A stretch of DNA of 64,000 nt, from positions 1,312,001 through 1,376,000 of the forward strand of contig OZ241362.1 in assembly GCA_965200315.1 (NCBI GenBank). The letters run 5' to 3'. The position numbers and the translations under genes are program-made. This document shows positions 30,386 through 39,869 of this stretch, in pieces. Numbering within the stretch: position 1 is the stretch's first letter; the number at the start of each line of letters is the position of its first letter. Under the pieces are notes generated by a model. It searched no databases. It saw nothing but the letters and a program-made list of their open reading frames with translations, and was not told the origin of the DNA. This stretch comes from Candidatus Latescibacterota bacterium. GTDB lineage: Bacteria > Latescibacterota > UBA2968 > UBA8231.

Positions 30386-33300
30386 TCAGCTAACCCCCAC
30401 CTCCGTCCCCTGTGCCAACTTCTCGCCCTCGAGCAAGTACTCCTCCCGCACCTCGGGCGCAATCGTCCGCCAGACCAAAAACCGCTTGCGCAGCACGTTG
30501 AGGAAGCTGGTGTTGAGCCGCTGCCAGCTCACCACATCGCCGCTTATGCGCTGCAAGTGCATCTCGATGCGGTAAATGCCTGGGATGTCGTCGGTCGGCA
30601 AAGTGCGCAGGAAAACTCGCTGGCTCACTCCCAAGTCGTAGGGCGCGAGCCACACCATCAGTTCCAGCAAATAGACCGGCTGCGCACCGCCCTTCTCCAA
30701 GTGGAAATCCACGCCCTCGGTCATAAAGTCGCCCACCGATCCCTCGCCATACGACGAGAAGACCCGGTGCAGGTACGCGCACGAGCCTAAAGCATCGCCC
30801 TTGCCCAGCGTAAAGGGAAAGTCAAAACGCCAATCGTCGCCATCGGGCGGGGGGAACTCCCAGCGCCGCGTCACGTCGGGCACGGCCATGGCCGCGGCCT
30901 TGCGCGCCGGATACAGGGTCGAGAGCACCACCACCACCATCACCACCAAGGTCGAGAAAATCGCCGACAGCGACGAGTAGTTGAGGAACATCCCGCCCAA
31001 CAGCGCGTAGTGCGCCAAAAGCAGCGTCGTCGTCTGCCCTACCAAATAGCCCAGCACCGCGCCGACGATGGCAAACACGAGGGCCTCGGCGATGAAGAGC
31101 GCGGCAATGTGGCTCGGTGCCAGCCCCACCGACGAATACACCCCGATCTCGCCGGAGCGCTCGTACACGGCCCCGAGCATGGTGTTGAGCACAATAAGTG
31201 AGGCGATCAACAAGGGCACGAAGAGATTGCCAATCCCGGCCAAGGAAGCCGATCCCATAGACGTGTACACCCGCACGCGGTCGCCGGCCCCGACAAAGAG
31301 CGGCACGGCCACCCGCGACACGAACTCCTCCACCTCGGCTAGCAAGGTCTCCCGGTCGGCGAATCCAGCGATGGCAACCGAGCGCAGCGTACCGCCCAAA
31401 TCGACGACCTGCTGGTAGGGCAAGAACGCCACGTTGTTGGCCATCAGATGGGTAAAGGTCTCAATCGCGGCCGTGTCCATCAGGCGCGGGTCCAAGTCGG
31501 CCATTTGCTCCATCTTCTTGGCCTCGGCGACCGTGTCCACCGGCATCGGACTCTCGTTGTCCAAGTCGCGCAGTCCGTCGATTACCTCGCCGTCGATTAG
31601 GCCAATGACCCGATAGGAACGCCCCATCAGCCATATCCGGGCCGCGCCCACATCCGCCGGGCCAATGCCCAAAATCTCCGCCATGGCCGCCGGCAGGATG
31701 CACACATCGCGCTCGCCGTCCGCAAACCAGCGGCTCTCCGGCCCCACCAACAGCTCTTCTAATCCCATCAGCGCACCCTCGCCCGCGGTCACCCCGAGGA
31801 GGGCTGAGGCAAAGCTCTTCTTCTGCGCCGGCTTGTGCTCAATGTCGATATAGGCCCGCTCGCCAATGACCTTGGACGTAATCCACGATCTCGGCAGTAC
31901 CTGCGCTTGGTCGCCAAACGCGCTTTTTGCATAGTCGAGCACGGATAGCTGCAAGCCCTTCCAGCCGCGATCGCGCAGCAGCGCACCCTCGTAGCTGGGC
32001 GCATTCGGGCGGGGAATCTGATAGAACTTGAGATAGCTCTGCACCGAGGTGAAGGCCTGGGCCGTAAAGGTCAAAAGCGTCAGGGTGACGACCGTTAGCG
32101 CGGTGCGCAACTTGCGCTTGCGGAGGTTGGAAATCCCCAGCGACGCGGCCGCGGCCGTGGCGCTGAGGCGACCGATGTCTGCTTCGTGGACACCGGCGGC
32201 GGCTCGCTTGCGCTGGCCGACGGCGCGGGTGAAGCGGCCTAAGATCATCAGCAGGGCCGTGCCGCCAATGGCGAAGATGACGAAGGCCAAAAAGATGATG
32301 TACGGCGACGAACTCAGCTTAAAGGCCGGGTGGATAAAGCGCATGATGAGGAAGATCGCCAAGAAGAAAAACGCCGCGCCCGCCACCTGGCGGCGGATGT
32401 CGGCAAAGCCAAAAAACAGCCGCTCGCAGCAAAACGAAAACGGCAGCAACAGCGCGAAGTAGAAGATGACCCCATATACCGTGTCGTCCGCAGTCGATTT
32501 GATGTCTGGGTAGCCCCGCCCTTCGAGGCCCCACGCCTTGCGCGTGGCCCGCTTAAACTCGCTGTAGCGCCGCGCCTGCAAGTGCTCTTCGGCCTCCAAC
32601 AGGGCCAAGCGCGCCTCTTCGTGCAGGTGCATAAACTTGTCGTTGCGCACCCCGTAGCGCGCCAACTGCTTGATCCGCACATCGTCGAGCACCCACATGT
32701 CGCGCGCGGCCGCGTACCCAGGATGCAGCACCACACCTTGATCCACGAGATAGCCGCGCCCGAGCGCCTGCTTCATCGCCGCCTCATCCACGTCGGCCGG
32801 GCGCACCGGCTCGGCCACCCATCCGGCCGGTGCGCCGCTCAGCAGGTAGCGTACGCCGAACAGGCTGGTGCTCATCAGAGCTTTGATCCGAGTGCCGGGC
32901 TGGGCGTACACTACTGAGGCGAGCGTTACCTTGCCCTCCTCATTGCTCTGCCTTTCGACAAAGTCGGCCCCCCACGACTGGGGTACGCCGTCGCGCTCGT
33001 CGAGTACGGTCACGTGGTCCAAAACCGACAAGTAGCGCGAGTCAACGGTCTCGAACAAACTCAGCGCCCGGCACTTGAAGAGCACTTGCAGCATCTCGTT
33101 TTCCCACCAGCCCCACGGATGCTCGGTCGGGTAGGTCTCGTCGCCCTCTTGGCCCATATCCGGTGCCGAGACAATCGCGCCGTAGGGATCGAGTTCGTAC
33201 GCGCGGATCGCGTTGCTCAGCCGGTTGCGCATGATGTCGAAGCGGAAGCGGCCCGCGTCGTCGGCTTCTTGGGCGATCAAGGTGCGGACCCCGCCGACCG

Positions 33301-34975
33301 AGTTCGGCCCGAGCTGCTGATAGGTCACCAGTGCTTGCGGCACCGGCTTTTTGGGCACGGCAAAATTGACGTCGCGGTCGAACCAATAAACTGCACCCGC
33401 CAAGCTGTGGCCGTAATCTTCCAACTCCAACTTGGTCGGCTTGAGCAGCTCGGCGTCGCGGCCCGCCCACGCCAACATGGCCGCGAGCGTCTGGATCTGC
33501 CGCGTGAGGTTTTGCACGTCCACAGCCTCTGGCAGGTCGAGCGGCGTGTCGATCCGCTCGCGCGCGTCGTTGGCCGTCGCCAAAGCCAACGCCTTCTGAC
33601 CGACGAAGGCCGCAGCCTCGCTGGCAAAGGCGAGCGGGATGGACATGAAGTTTTTCCACGTCCGTTTAGGTGGGGCAATGCCCTCGTAGTGGCGCGTGGT
33701 GTCGCCAAAGGTCTCTTCGACCGCCAGACTCAGCCGCTTGGAATAGGGGGTCAACATGTATTTGACGTAGTTGTCGGTGCGCCACTTGGGATTGTAGAAG
33801 GTGCCCATGCCAAAGCTCGCCGTGCGGTCGGCGTGGCTCGACAAGTCCAGCGATAGCATCAGGTCGAAGTCGATGCGCTCGGCTTCGCTCATGCGCTCGC
33901 GGAAATAGTCGCTGCGGCGACTGTGCCGGTAGAGGAAATCATTGATCCCGGACAGGCCCTCAAAGTGCCCAGAGGTCGCCAAAAAGAGCACCGAGTAGTG
34001 AGGGCGATGTTCTTTGAGCAGCTCCACTAGCTGGAGCAGGGCGACGATCCCGGCCGCGTTTTCCGCTCCGGGGGCGAGGGCTGGTACGACCGAGATAGCG
34101 TCGTAATAGGCTTGGATGACGATGGTTTGGTCCTGCCACGCCTGCGGCTTTTCGCGGCTTTTGGCCGGCAGCATCTCAGGCGATCCGGGCAGGTAGCCAT
34201 ACACGTTGTGCGCTTCCACGCCCTCCCAATCCATCCGTGCATTCAAGTGGACGGCGACCGGCCCGTCTTGCAGGCGCACCAACAGGTCGAACGCGTCTTG
34301 CCGCTCAAGCCAAAATCGCGGGATGTCAACCGGCACCTTGAGAAACTTGTCGGCGGCCTGCTCGCGGTTGACGCCGCCGTTGTCAAAAAAAACGATGGCC
34401 CTAGCCCCCAGCGAGGCGGCGTGGAGGTAGTTTTGGCCGCAGGCAAAGTCCAAGAGCACGACGCTGCCTTGCACGGGCTGGCCGTCCAATGCTTCGAGCT
34501 CGCCTTGGCCTCCGTAGATCAGCGGGCCGCGCACGCCATCCGGCCCCAGCGAGGATGTGCGCACGCCATTGGGCCACAAGCTGTAAAGCCTCTTGCTCTC
34601 GCCTTGCACCACCAACTCGCCGCCGCGATCTATGGGCACGGCCACCTTGAACGCCTCGCTCTGCACGTCCTCCAGCCCCAGTGCCTCAAACCGCTGGCGC
34701 ACAAAGTCGCGGGCCTGCCGCTCCCCGGCATAACCCGGCACCCGCGAACCAAAAGCAGCAAAGCGCGCGATCTCCGCGGCAATGTCCGCCTCGTCAATGC
34801 CGGCGACTAGGGCGCGAAGCTGGGCGGCTTGTGCGGGGTCTACCATCCGCGCTTCTACGGGCGGGTTGGGTGCCCAGCCGAAGAACCTGTTTACCGCTCG
34901 ATTGACTGCACCCGGATCGCCGAAACCGACGATCGCAATCATGGCGGCCGCGAACACCAAGAATAGTTTGGCCAT
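30386..34975 (-). CDS. M28 peptidase-like domain fused to an FtsX/MacB-like permease (1529 aa)
   Basis: N-terminal anchor, 'SRVPGY.G...A', PA-like insert, M28-like 'AYYD...APGA', multi-TM region, 'NLRKRKLRTALT', FtsX-type 'VYERSGEIGVYSSVGL.P..IA.LF..EA', 'YPARKAA'. Confidence 0.75.
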   Translation of the reverse strand: MAKLFLVFAAAMIAIVGFGDPGAVNRAVNRFFGWAPNPPVEARMVDPAQAAQLRALVAGIDEADIAAEIARFAAFGSRVPGYAGERQARDFVRQRFEALGLEDVQSEAFKVAVPIDRGGELVVQGESKRLYSLWPNGVRTSSLGPDGVRGPLIYGGQGELEALDGQPVQGSVVLLDFACGQNYLHAASLGARAIVFFDNGGVNREQAADKFLKVPVDIPRFWLERQDAFDLLVRLQDGPVAVHLNARMDWEGVEAHNVYGYLPGSPEMLPAKSREKPQAWQDQTIVIQAYYDAISVVPALAPGAENAAGIVALLQLVELLKEHRPHYSVLFLATSGHFEGLSGINDFLYRHSRRSDYFRERMSEAERIDFDLMLSLDLSSHADRTASFGMGTFYNPKWRTDNYVKYMLTPYSKRLSLAVEETFGDTTRHYEGIAPPKRTWKNFMSIPLAFASEAAAFVGQKALALATANDARERIDTPLDLPEAVDVQNLTRQIQTLAAMLAWAGRDAELLKPTKLELEDYGHSLAGAVYWFDRDVNFAVPKKPVPQALVTYQQLGPNSVGGVRTLIAQEADDAGRFRFDIMRNRLSNAIRAYELDPYGAIVSAPDMGQEGDETYPTEHPWGWWENEMLQVLFKCRALSLFETVDSRYLSVLDHVTVLDERDGVPQSWGADFVERQSNEEGKVTLASVVYAQPGTRIKALMSTSLFGVRYLLSGAPAGWVAEPVRPADVDEAAMKQALGRGYLVDQGVVLHPGYAAARDMWVLDDVRIKQLARYGVRNDKFMHLHEEARLALLEAEEHLQARRYSEFKRATRKAWGLEGRGYPDIKSTADDTVYGVIFYFALLLPFSFCCERLFFGFADIRRQVAGAAFFFLAIFLIMRFIHPAFKLSSSPYIIFLAFVIFAIGGTALLMILGRFTRAVGQRKRAAAGVHEADIGRLSATAAAASLGISNLRKRKLRTALTVVTLTLLTFTAQAFTSVQSYLKFYQIPRPNAPSYEGALLRDRGWKGLQLSVLDYAKSAFGDQAQVLPRSWITSKVIGERAYIDIEHKPAQKKSFASALLGVTAGEGALMGLEELLVGPESRWFADGERDVCILPAAMAEILGIGPADVGAARIWLMGRSYRVIGLIDGEVIDGLRDLDNESPMPVDTVAEAKKMEQMADLDPRLMDTAAIETFTHLMANNVAFLPYQQVVDLGGTLRSVAIAGFADRETLLAEVEEFVSRVAVPLFVGAGDRVRVYTSMGSASLAGIGNLFVPLLIASLIVLNTMLGAVYERSGEIGVYSSVGLAPSHIAALFIAEALVFAIVGAVLGYLVGQTTTLLLAHYALLGGMFLNYSSLSAIFSTLVVMVVVVLSTLYPARKAAAMAVPDVTRRWEFPPPDGDDWRFDFPFTLGKGDALGSCAYLHRVFSSYGEGSVGDFMTEGVDFHLEKGGAQPVYLLELMVWLAPYDLGVSQRVFLRTLPTDDIPGIYRIEMHLQRISGDVVSWQRLNTSFLNVLRKRFLVWRTIAPEVREEYLLEGEKLAQGTEVGVS

Positions 34976-35052
34976 GAAATTCGCTTTGTCTTTTAAGTGG
35001 GACGAGCGGCTGTCAAGGTAGGGCGGATCAACTCGTACCCTGCTCGAGATTC

Positions 35053-35301
35053 TCAGTCATCTATGAGAAGCATATCCGCGAGTGGTAGGTCTGTAGCGTA
35101 CTTTCTGGAGTCTGAAGAGCACGGCTGTACTAGAAAAGTGCCAAGCGCATGTTTCTTTGTTGTCTGTCGGATCGCCTCTATCTCGCTGGAGTACGCCCCG
35201 ATGACGCGGTGATCTTTGATGACAATCACCTTGCCCTCGTAGTGAGCGGCTAGCTCTGCTTGGTGGTCTAGGTAGTATTGAAACTCATCTCTTAGTGCCA
35301 T
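35053..35301 (-). CDS. DUF5678-like small protein
   Basis: 'EFQYYLDHQAEL...YEGKVIVIK...VIGAY....EA...GTFLVQ'; lower GC than neighbours. Confidence 0.6.
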   Translation of the reverse strand: MALRDEFQYYLDHQAELAAHYEGKVIVIKDHRVIGAYSSEIEAIRQTTKKHALGTFLVQPCSSDSRKYATDLPLADMLLIDD

Positions 35302-35367
35302 GGGTATTTCCTTTGGCTACTTTAGCGAGCAAAGAACCGTTCTGCTTCTATACTCTCAGCTTACCTG

Positions 35368-35396
35368 TTTATAGCGACAGCACAAGCGGCTGTCAA
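35368..35396 (-). promoter_or_regulatory. Sigma70-type promoter
   Basis: TTGACA-17 nt-TATAAA. Confidence 0.55.
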
Positions 35397-35414
35397 GATA
35401 CACCATCGCGCCAC

Positions 35415-37319
35415 TCACCCGTGAAAATAGGCGTGCCCCTCGCCCATAAACCAGAAAATATCCGCCAAATACGACAATCCAATCCCCAAGAAATACCCAG
35501 CGATCAATCCCATAAAAAACGGCCGCGCCTGACGGTACGCCGCAATGCCGCCATAGCGCATGATCGCACTCTTGGCCACCCACGCCAGCAAGACCGAAAA
35601 CGCAATGAGTCGGGTCATCCACAGCGGGGCTACTGCAATGCCCACCGGATGCAGCGGCCACCAGTGCAAGCGGTACTGGAGGAAGGCCAAAATGGAGTAC
35701 GCCACCATGCCGATCCCAAAGTACGACAGCTTGTTCCAATCGGTCGGCCACGGATCGTTGAAGTGGCGAATCACCCCGTTGTACGCCATGCCGCCGGCAC
35801 CGCCACCAGCGATAAAGTACCAAGAGCCGAAATTGCCCGCACCGTATTTGTAGCACAGCGAGAGGACAAAGTACAGACAAGCAGTAAAGCCTACGACCGC
35901 AGCAATACCCAGCGCCAAGGCCATGGACCGGCGAATCCGGTACAGTTCGCCGAGCCGGGCGCCGTGTGCGGCCGCTGGCATAAAAAGCGATTGCACATCC
36001 CCGAACCAAGTATAGGAAACCCCCAGCGCCACCAAATTGTGCCCACCGATACCCGTGCCGGTTATCGCCAGCGCAAAAGCCTGCGCTCCCACCGGCGGCG
36101 TCAAAAAATAGACCCCGGCCTGCACCACCAGCCGCGTGATGCCGTAGTACGCGACCAACACGCCAAAGACAAAAAGCGCGGCAATGTGCAGATCCATCCC
36201 AGACCGCCACAGCCAGCCGAGGATATAGGCCAACGCGGCCATGAATCCGCAGACCGCCGTGCGATAGGAAACCATTTCCTCGCGGTCGTCTATCGTCCGC
36301 CGTCCCCCCAAGGCTTGACGCACGACCGCCACTAGATGGCCCCGCGCCATCCACAAGCTCAACAGCACCATGGCCGTAAATCCGCCCCACGCCTGCCAAG
36401 AAAGCGACTGCATCCCCCAGACAAAAGCGTCGGGCCGCGTCACATCGTAGCCGATGCGGTTGGTAATGCCCTCTTGTACCACAGCCACCAAATAAAAGAA
36501 CACGATGCTGAACGAGACGCTGGTGCTGACCAAGTACATAAAGCCGACCACCGGGAAGTAGAGCATCAGGCTGATGGTGGGAAACTCCCGGCTCAGTTGC
36601 AGATGGACGGCGTGGTTGAAGTTGATTTTGGGAAAGCCGATGTAGAACGAGCCAATGATGTTGAACAGGATCATCCCCAGTGGAACCGCCGCGCCGATCC
36701 AAAAGCCCTTAGAGCGCACAATCGCCCGCCCGTCGTCGTCGATCAACAACCGCGGCATCTCCATCAGGGGGAAAACCAGCCGCTCGTGCTCGACCCATTG
36801 GCGGCGGAAGATCACCACCAAGCAAAAGCAGGCGAAATACACGGTCAGGATCAGGCTCAACAGCCAAAATAGCGGTCCGATCCAGACCTCAAACGGCAGG
36901 GCTTGGCCCTTGGGCAGCCCTTCGTAGAACCAGCGCATGGCGTCGCCGTCGGCGCGGGGCACGACCCAATCGGGCAGGTAGGGATGGATGTTGCCGGCCC
37001 AATCGTTTTCCGGGGTGGCTCCGTAGTACGGCGATGAAATGATCGCCAGCAAGGTGCCGACGATAAAGGTCGGAATCCCGGTCGCCGCCAAGCCCATAAT
37101 CACGATGACAGCGAGTTCGGCGGGCCGCAACGCCCAAGTGGGCCGCACCCACCTCACCAGCCCATTCGCCAGCAAAATCACCACAAAGCAAAAGCCGGCG
37201 CTAGTCGGAAAATACGACCACGTAATCTCCGAAGAGCGCACCATCCAAATCGAATAGGGCGCTCCCATGACGATGGCCATTACGACCACAATCCCCAACA
37301 CGGCCGCACGCAAAGTCAC
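35415..37319 (-). CDS. Polytopic membrane protein, DUF6785/DUF6784-like (OPT-related)
   Basis: Many hydrophobic segments; 'RRQW.EHERL.FPL', 'WWPLHP.G', 'RYGG...YR.ARPFF.GLI.G'. Confidence 0.7.
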   Translation of the reverse strand: MTLRAAVLGIVVVMAIVMGAPYSIWMVRSSEITWSYFPTSAGFCFVVILLANGLVRWVRPTWALRPAELAVIVIMGLAATGIPTFIVGTLLAIISSPYYGATPENDWAGNIHPYLPDWVVPRADGDAMRWFYEGLPKGQALPFEVWIGPLFWLLSLILTVYFACFCLVVIFRRQWVEHERLVFPLMEMPRLLIDDDGRAIVRSKGFWIGAAVPLGMILFNIIGSFYIGFPKINFNHAVHLQLSREFPTISLMLYFPVVGFMYLVSTSVSFSIVFFYLVAVVQEGITNRIGYDVTRPDAFVWGMQSLSWQAWGGFTAMVLLSLWMARGHLVAVVRQALGGRRTIDDREEMVSYRTAVCGFMAALAYILGWLWRSGMDLHIAALFVFGVLVAYYGITRLVVQAGVYFLTPPVGAQAFALAITGTGIGGHNLVALGVSYTWFGDVQSLFMPAAAHGARLGELYRIRRSMALALGIAAVVGFTACLYFVLSLCYKYGAGNFGSWYFIAGGGAGGMAYNGVIRHFNDPWPTDWNKLSYFGIGMVAYSILAFLQYRLHWWPLHPVGIAVAPLWMTRLIAFSVLLAWVAKSAIMRYGGIAAYRQARPFFMGLIAGYFLGIGLSYLADIFWFMGEGHAYFHG

Positions 37320-37401
37320 TTTGTACCGCCCCGATGCAAGCGATGATTTACAGCGTTCATTTTTTTGTATATTTAATGTTTCGCATCAATAGTACTGAAC
37401 C

Positions 37402-38574
37402 ATGTCCACTAACCGCTTCATATCTCTTATCCTCGCACTGCTGCTGACGGCTTGTTCCAAAAGCACCGGCCCGGATAGCAGCCCGCAATCCCTCTGCCCG
37501 GATGTGCCCGGCACCATCTGCACTTGGGCCGGCACGGGCGAAGCAGGTTTCAACGGCGACGGCCAGCCGCTGCTAGCTTCGTCTCTGTACTGGCCCGTCG
37601 ATCTCACCTTCGCCCCCTCGGGTCAGACCTACCTCCTCGACTGGAACAACCACCGCGTGCGCCGCGTGACCCCGGAGGGCACGCTTGTCACCGTCATGGG
37701 CACGGACTTCGTCGGCGATGGTCCTTACGACGAATCCGACCAAGTGCCTCCCGGTGCGCCCGGCACTGAGGTCCACCTCAACCACCCGACCCACCTCCTG
37801 CCGCTGACCGACGGCAGCCTGCTGCTGACGGCTTGGCACAATCACAAGCTGCGCCTCTACGACCCGCAGACCGGACTCGTCCAAGTCATCTGCGGCGCAG
37901 GTCCGGGATTTGCCGGCGACGGCGGTCCGGCCCGCGACGCATTGCTGAGCCAACCGCCGCAGACGGTCTTAGGCCCCGACGGCGGACTATACATCCTCGA
38001 CCAGCGCAATCAGCGAGTGCGCAAAATAGACCCCGACGGCATCATCACCACCGTCGTAGGGACCGGCGTGGCCGGGTTTGCCGGCGATGGCGGCAGCCCG
38101 CGCGACGCCCAGTTGCAATTTCCGGCCGGAGCCAATCCGCCGCCAGCCGGGGCCTTGGCTTTTGATCCGCAGGGCCGACTCTATATCGCCGACGCCCTCA
38201 ACCACCGCATCCGCCGCGTTGACTTCGACCTAGACCTGATCGAAACGGTGGCTGGCACCGGCGCGACCAATGGTGGCGGCGATGGCGGACCGGCCCCCAG
38301 CGCAGCCCTCAACAACCCGCGTGACTTGGCCTTTGGTCCCGACGGGCGGCTCTACATTGCCGACGAATTTAACCACCGCATCCGCGCCCTCAATCTAGCG
38401 ACCAGCACCATGGAGACCGTTGCCGGCAGCGGCGACGCGGGCTTTTCCGGCGATGGCGGACCGGCCCGCAGCGCAGCCCTCAACCGGCCTGCCGGGCTCG
38501 ATTTTGACTCGCAGGGTCAGCTCTATATCGCCGACACGTACAACCACCGCATCCGCCGCGTCGTCTTGCCATGA
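37402..38574 (+). CDS. NHL-repeat beta-propeller lipoprotein
   Basis: Lipobox 'LLTAC'; repeated 'GF.GDGGPA..A.L..P', 'LYIAD..NHRIR'. Confidence 0.88.
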   Translation: MSTNRFISLILALLLTACSKSTGPDSSPQSLCPDVPGTICTWAGTGEAGFNGDGQPLLASSLYWPVDLTFAPSGQTYLLDWNNHRVRRVTPEGTLVTVMGTDFVGDGPYDESDQVPPGAPGTEVHLNHPTHLLPLTDGSLLLTAWHNHKLRLYDPQTGLVQVICGAGPGFAGDGGPARDALLSQPPQTVLGPDGGLYILDQRNQRVRKIDPDGIITTVVGTGVAGFAGDGGSPRDAQLQFPAGANPPPAGALAFDPQGRLYIADALNHRIRRVDFDLDLIETVAGTGATNGGGDGGPAPSAALNNPRDLAFGPDGRLYIADEFNHRIRALNLATSTMETVAGSGDAGFSGDGGPARSAALNRPAGLDFDSQGQLYIADTYNHRIRRVVLP

Positions 38575-39782
38575 TCTACCTAACCTTCTTGCTCATCGCC
38601 CTATCCGCCTGCGGGGATCCGCCCACTGGCCCTAGCATCCCCTACGGACGCATCGAAACCTTTGCCGGCAGCGGCGACGCTGGCAAAGGCCCCGAAGAAG
38701 CGGAACTGAGTCAAGCGCTCTTCTACCTGCCGCAAGATCTGACCTACGGCCCCGACGGGCGGCTCTATATCCTCGACTGGAACAACCACCGCGTCCGCGT
38801 CACCACCGAGGCTAGCGTCCTCACCCAGACGCGACAGCGGCACCCGCGATACCGAGGCGGCGGTGCCGAGAACAGCGTCACCACCCTGATCGGCACCGGC
38901 GAACTCGGCGACGCACCGGCCGGCCGGGCGCGCGAGGTCGGCCTCAACCATCCCACTCACATCTCTTTTGACCCACTTGGACGTCTGATCCTCTCGGCTT
39001 GGCACAACTCGATGATCCTGCGCTACGACTTTGCCACCGACTATATCGAGCCAATCTGCGGCACGGGCGAGCGCACCTACAGCGGCGACGGAGGCCCCGC
39101 GGCCCAAGCGACCGTCAACCTGCCAAGCGCTACCGCCTTTGACCCACTCGGACGCATGTACATCTCCGACCAAGAAAACCAGTGCATCCGCATGGTCGAT
39201 ACAGACGGCACCATACGCACGGTCGTCGGCACCGGCGAACCGGGTTTTTCCGGCGATGGAGGGCCTGCCGACCAAGCCCAGATCTACGCTCCGATCGGCC
39301 AAGCAGCCCCGCCCACCAGCCGCATCGCCACCGACGAATTCGGCAACCTCTACATCGCCGACACCTTCAACAACCGCATCCGCAAGGTTGACTACGCGAC
39401 CGGAATCATCTCCACCATCGCCGGCAACGCAGCGCGGAACATCGGCTCCATAGCTGACTACACCTCTCCACCCGAATTAGGGGACAGCGAAGAAGGGGCC
39501 GACGCACTCGCGGTTTCCCTGTACTGGCCCTGCGACGTGGCCATCGACTCCGAGGGCCGGGTCTTTTTCGCCGACACCTTTAACCACTGCGTACGCTACA
39601 TTGATCTCGACGGCACCATATACACCGTAGCCGGCCAGTGCGGCAAATCCGGCGATACGGGCGACGGCGGCCATCCACAATCCGCCCTGCTCAACCGCCC
39701 CTACGGCATCGAACTCGACCCAGACGACAACCTCTACATCGCCGATACGCGCAACCACCGCATCCGCCTAGTAAGGTATTAG
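38571..39782 (+). CDS. NHL-repeat beta-propeller lipoprotein (paralog of the upstream gene)
   Basis: Lipobox 'ALSAC'; NHL repeats; ATGA overlap with the upstream gene. Confidence 0.88.
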   Translation: MIYLTFLLIALSACGDPPTGPSIPYGRIETFAGSGDAGKGPEEAELSQALFYLPQDLTYGPDGRLYILDWNNHRVRVTTEASVLTQTRQRHPRYRGGGAENSVTTLIGTGELGDAPAGRAREVGLNHPTHISFDPLGRLILSAWHNSMILRYDFATDYIEPICGTGERTYSGDGGPAAQATVNLPSATAFDPLGRMYISDQENQCIRMVDTDGTIRTVVGTGEPGFSGDGGPADQAQIYAPIGQAAPPTSRIATDEFGNLYIADTFNNRIRKVDYATGIISTIAGNAARNIGSIADYTSPPELGDSEEGADALAVSLYWPCDVAIDSEGRVFFADTFNHCVRYIDLDGTIYTVAGQCGKSGDTGDGGHPQSALLNRPYGIELDPDDNLYIADTRNHRIRLVRY

Positions 39783-39869
39783 TAGCCGGTGGCCAGAGAT
39801 CGGCGATCCGTCCCAACCCTCTTCCTCGACCCGGCGGTGCGGAGACTGACCACCGACCACCGGCCACTA
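39780..39869. repeat. Heptamer-based imperfect inverted repeat between convergent genes
   Basis: TAGTAGCCGGTGGCCAG ... CTGACCACCGACCACGGCCACTA. Confidence 0.4.

Noticed and set aside
37500-39780. Repeated GGCGA(C/T)GGCGG and AACCACCGCATCCGC DNA motifs as a CRISPR-like array
   Set aside because: They are the coding repeats of NHL blades (GDGG, NHRIR) within open reading frames
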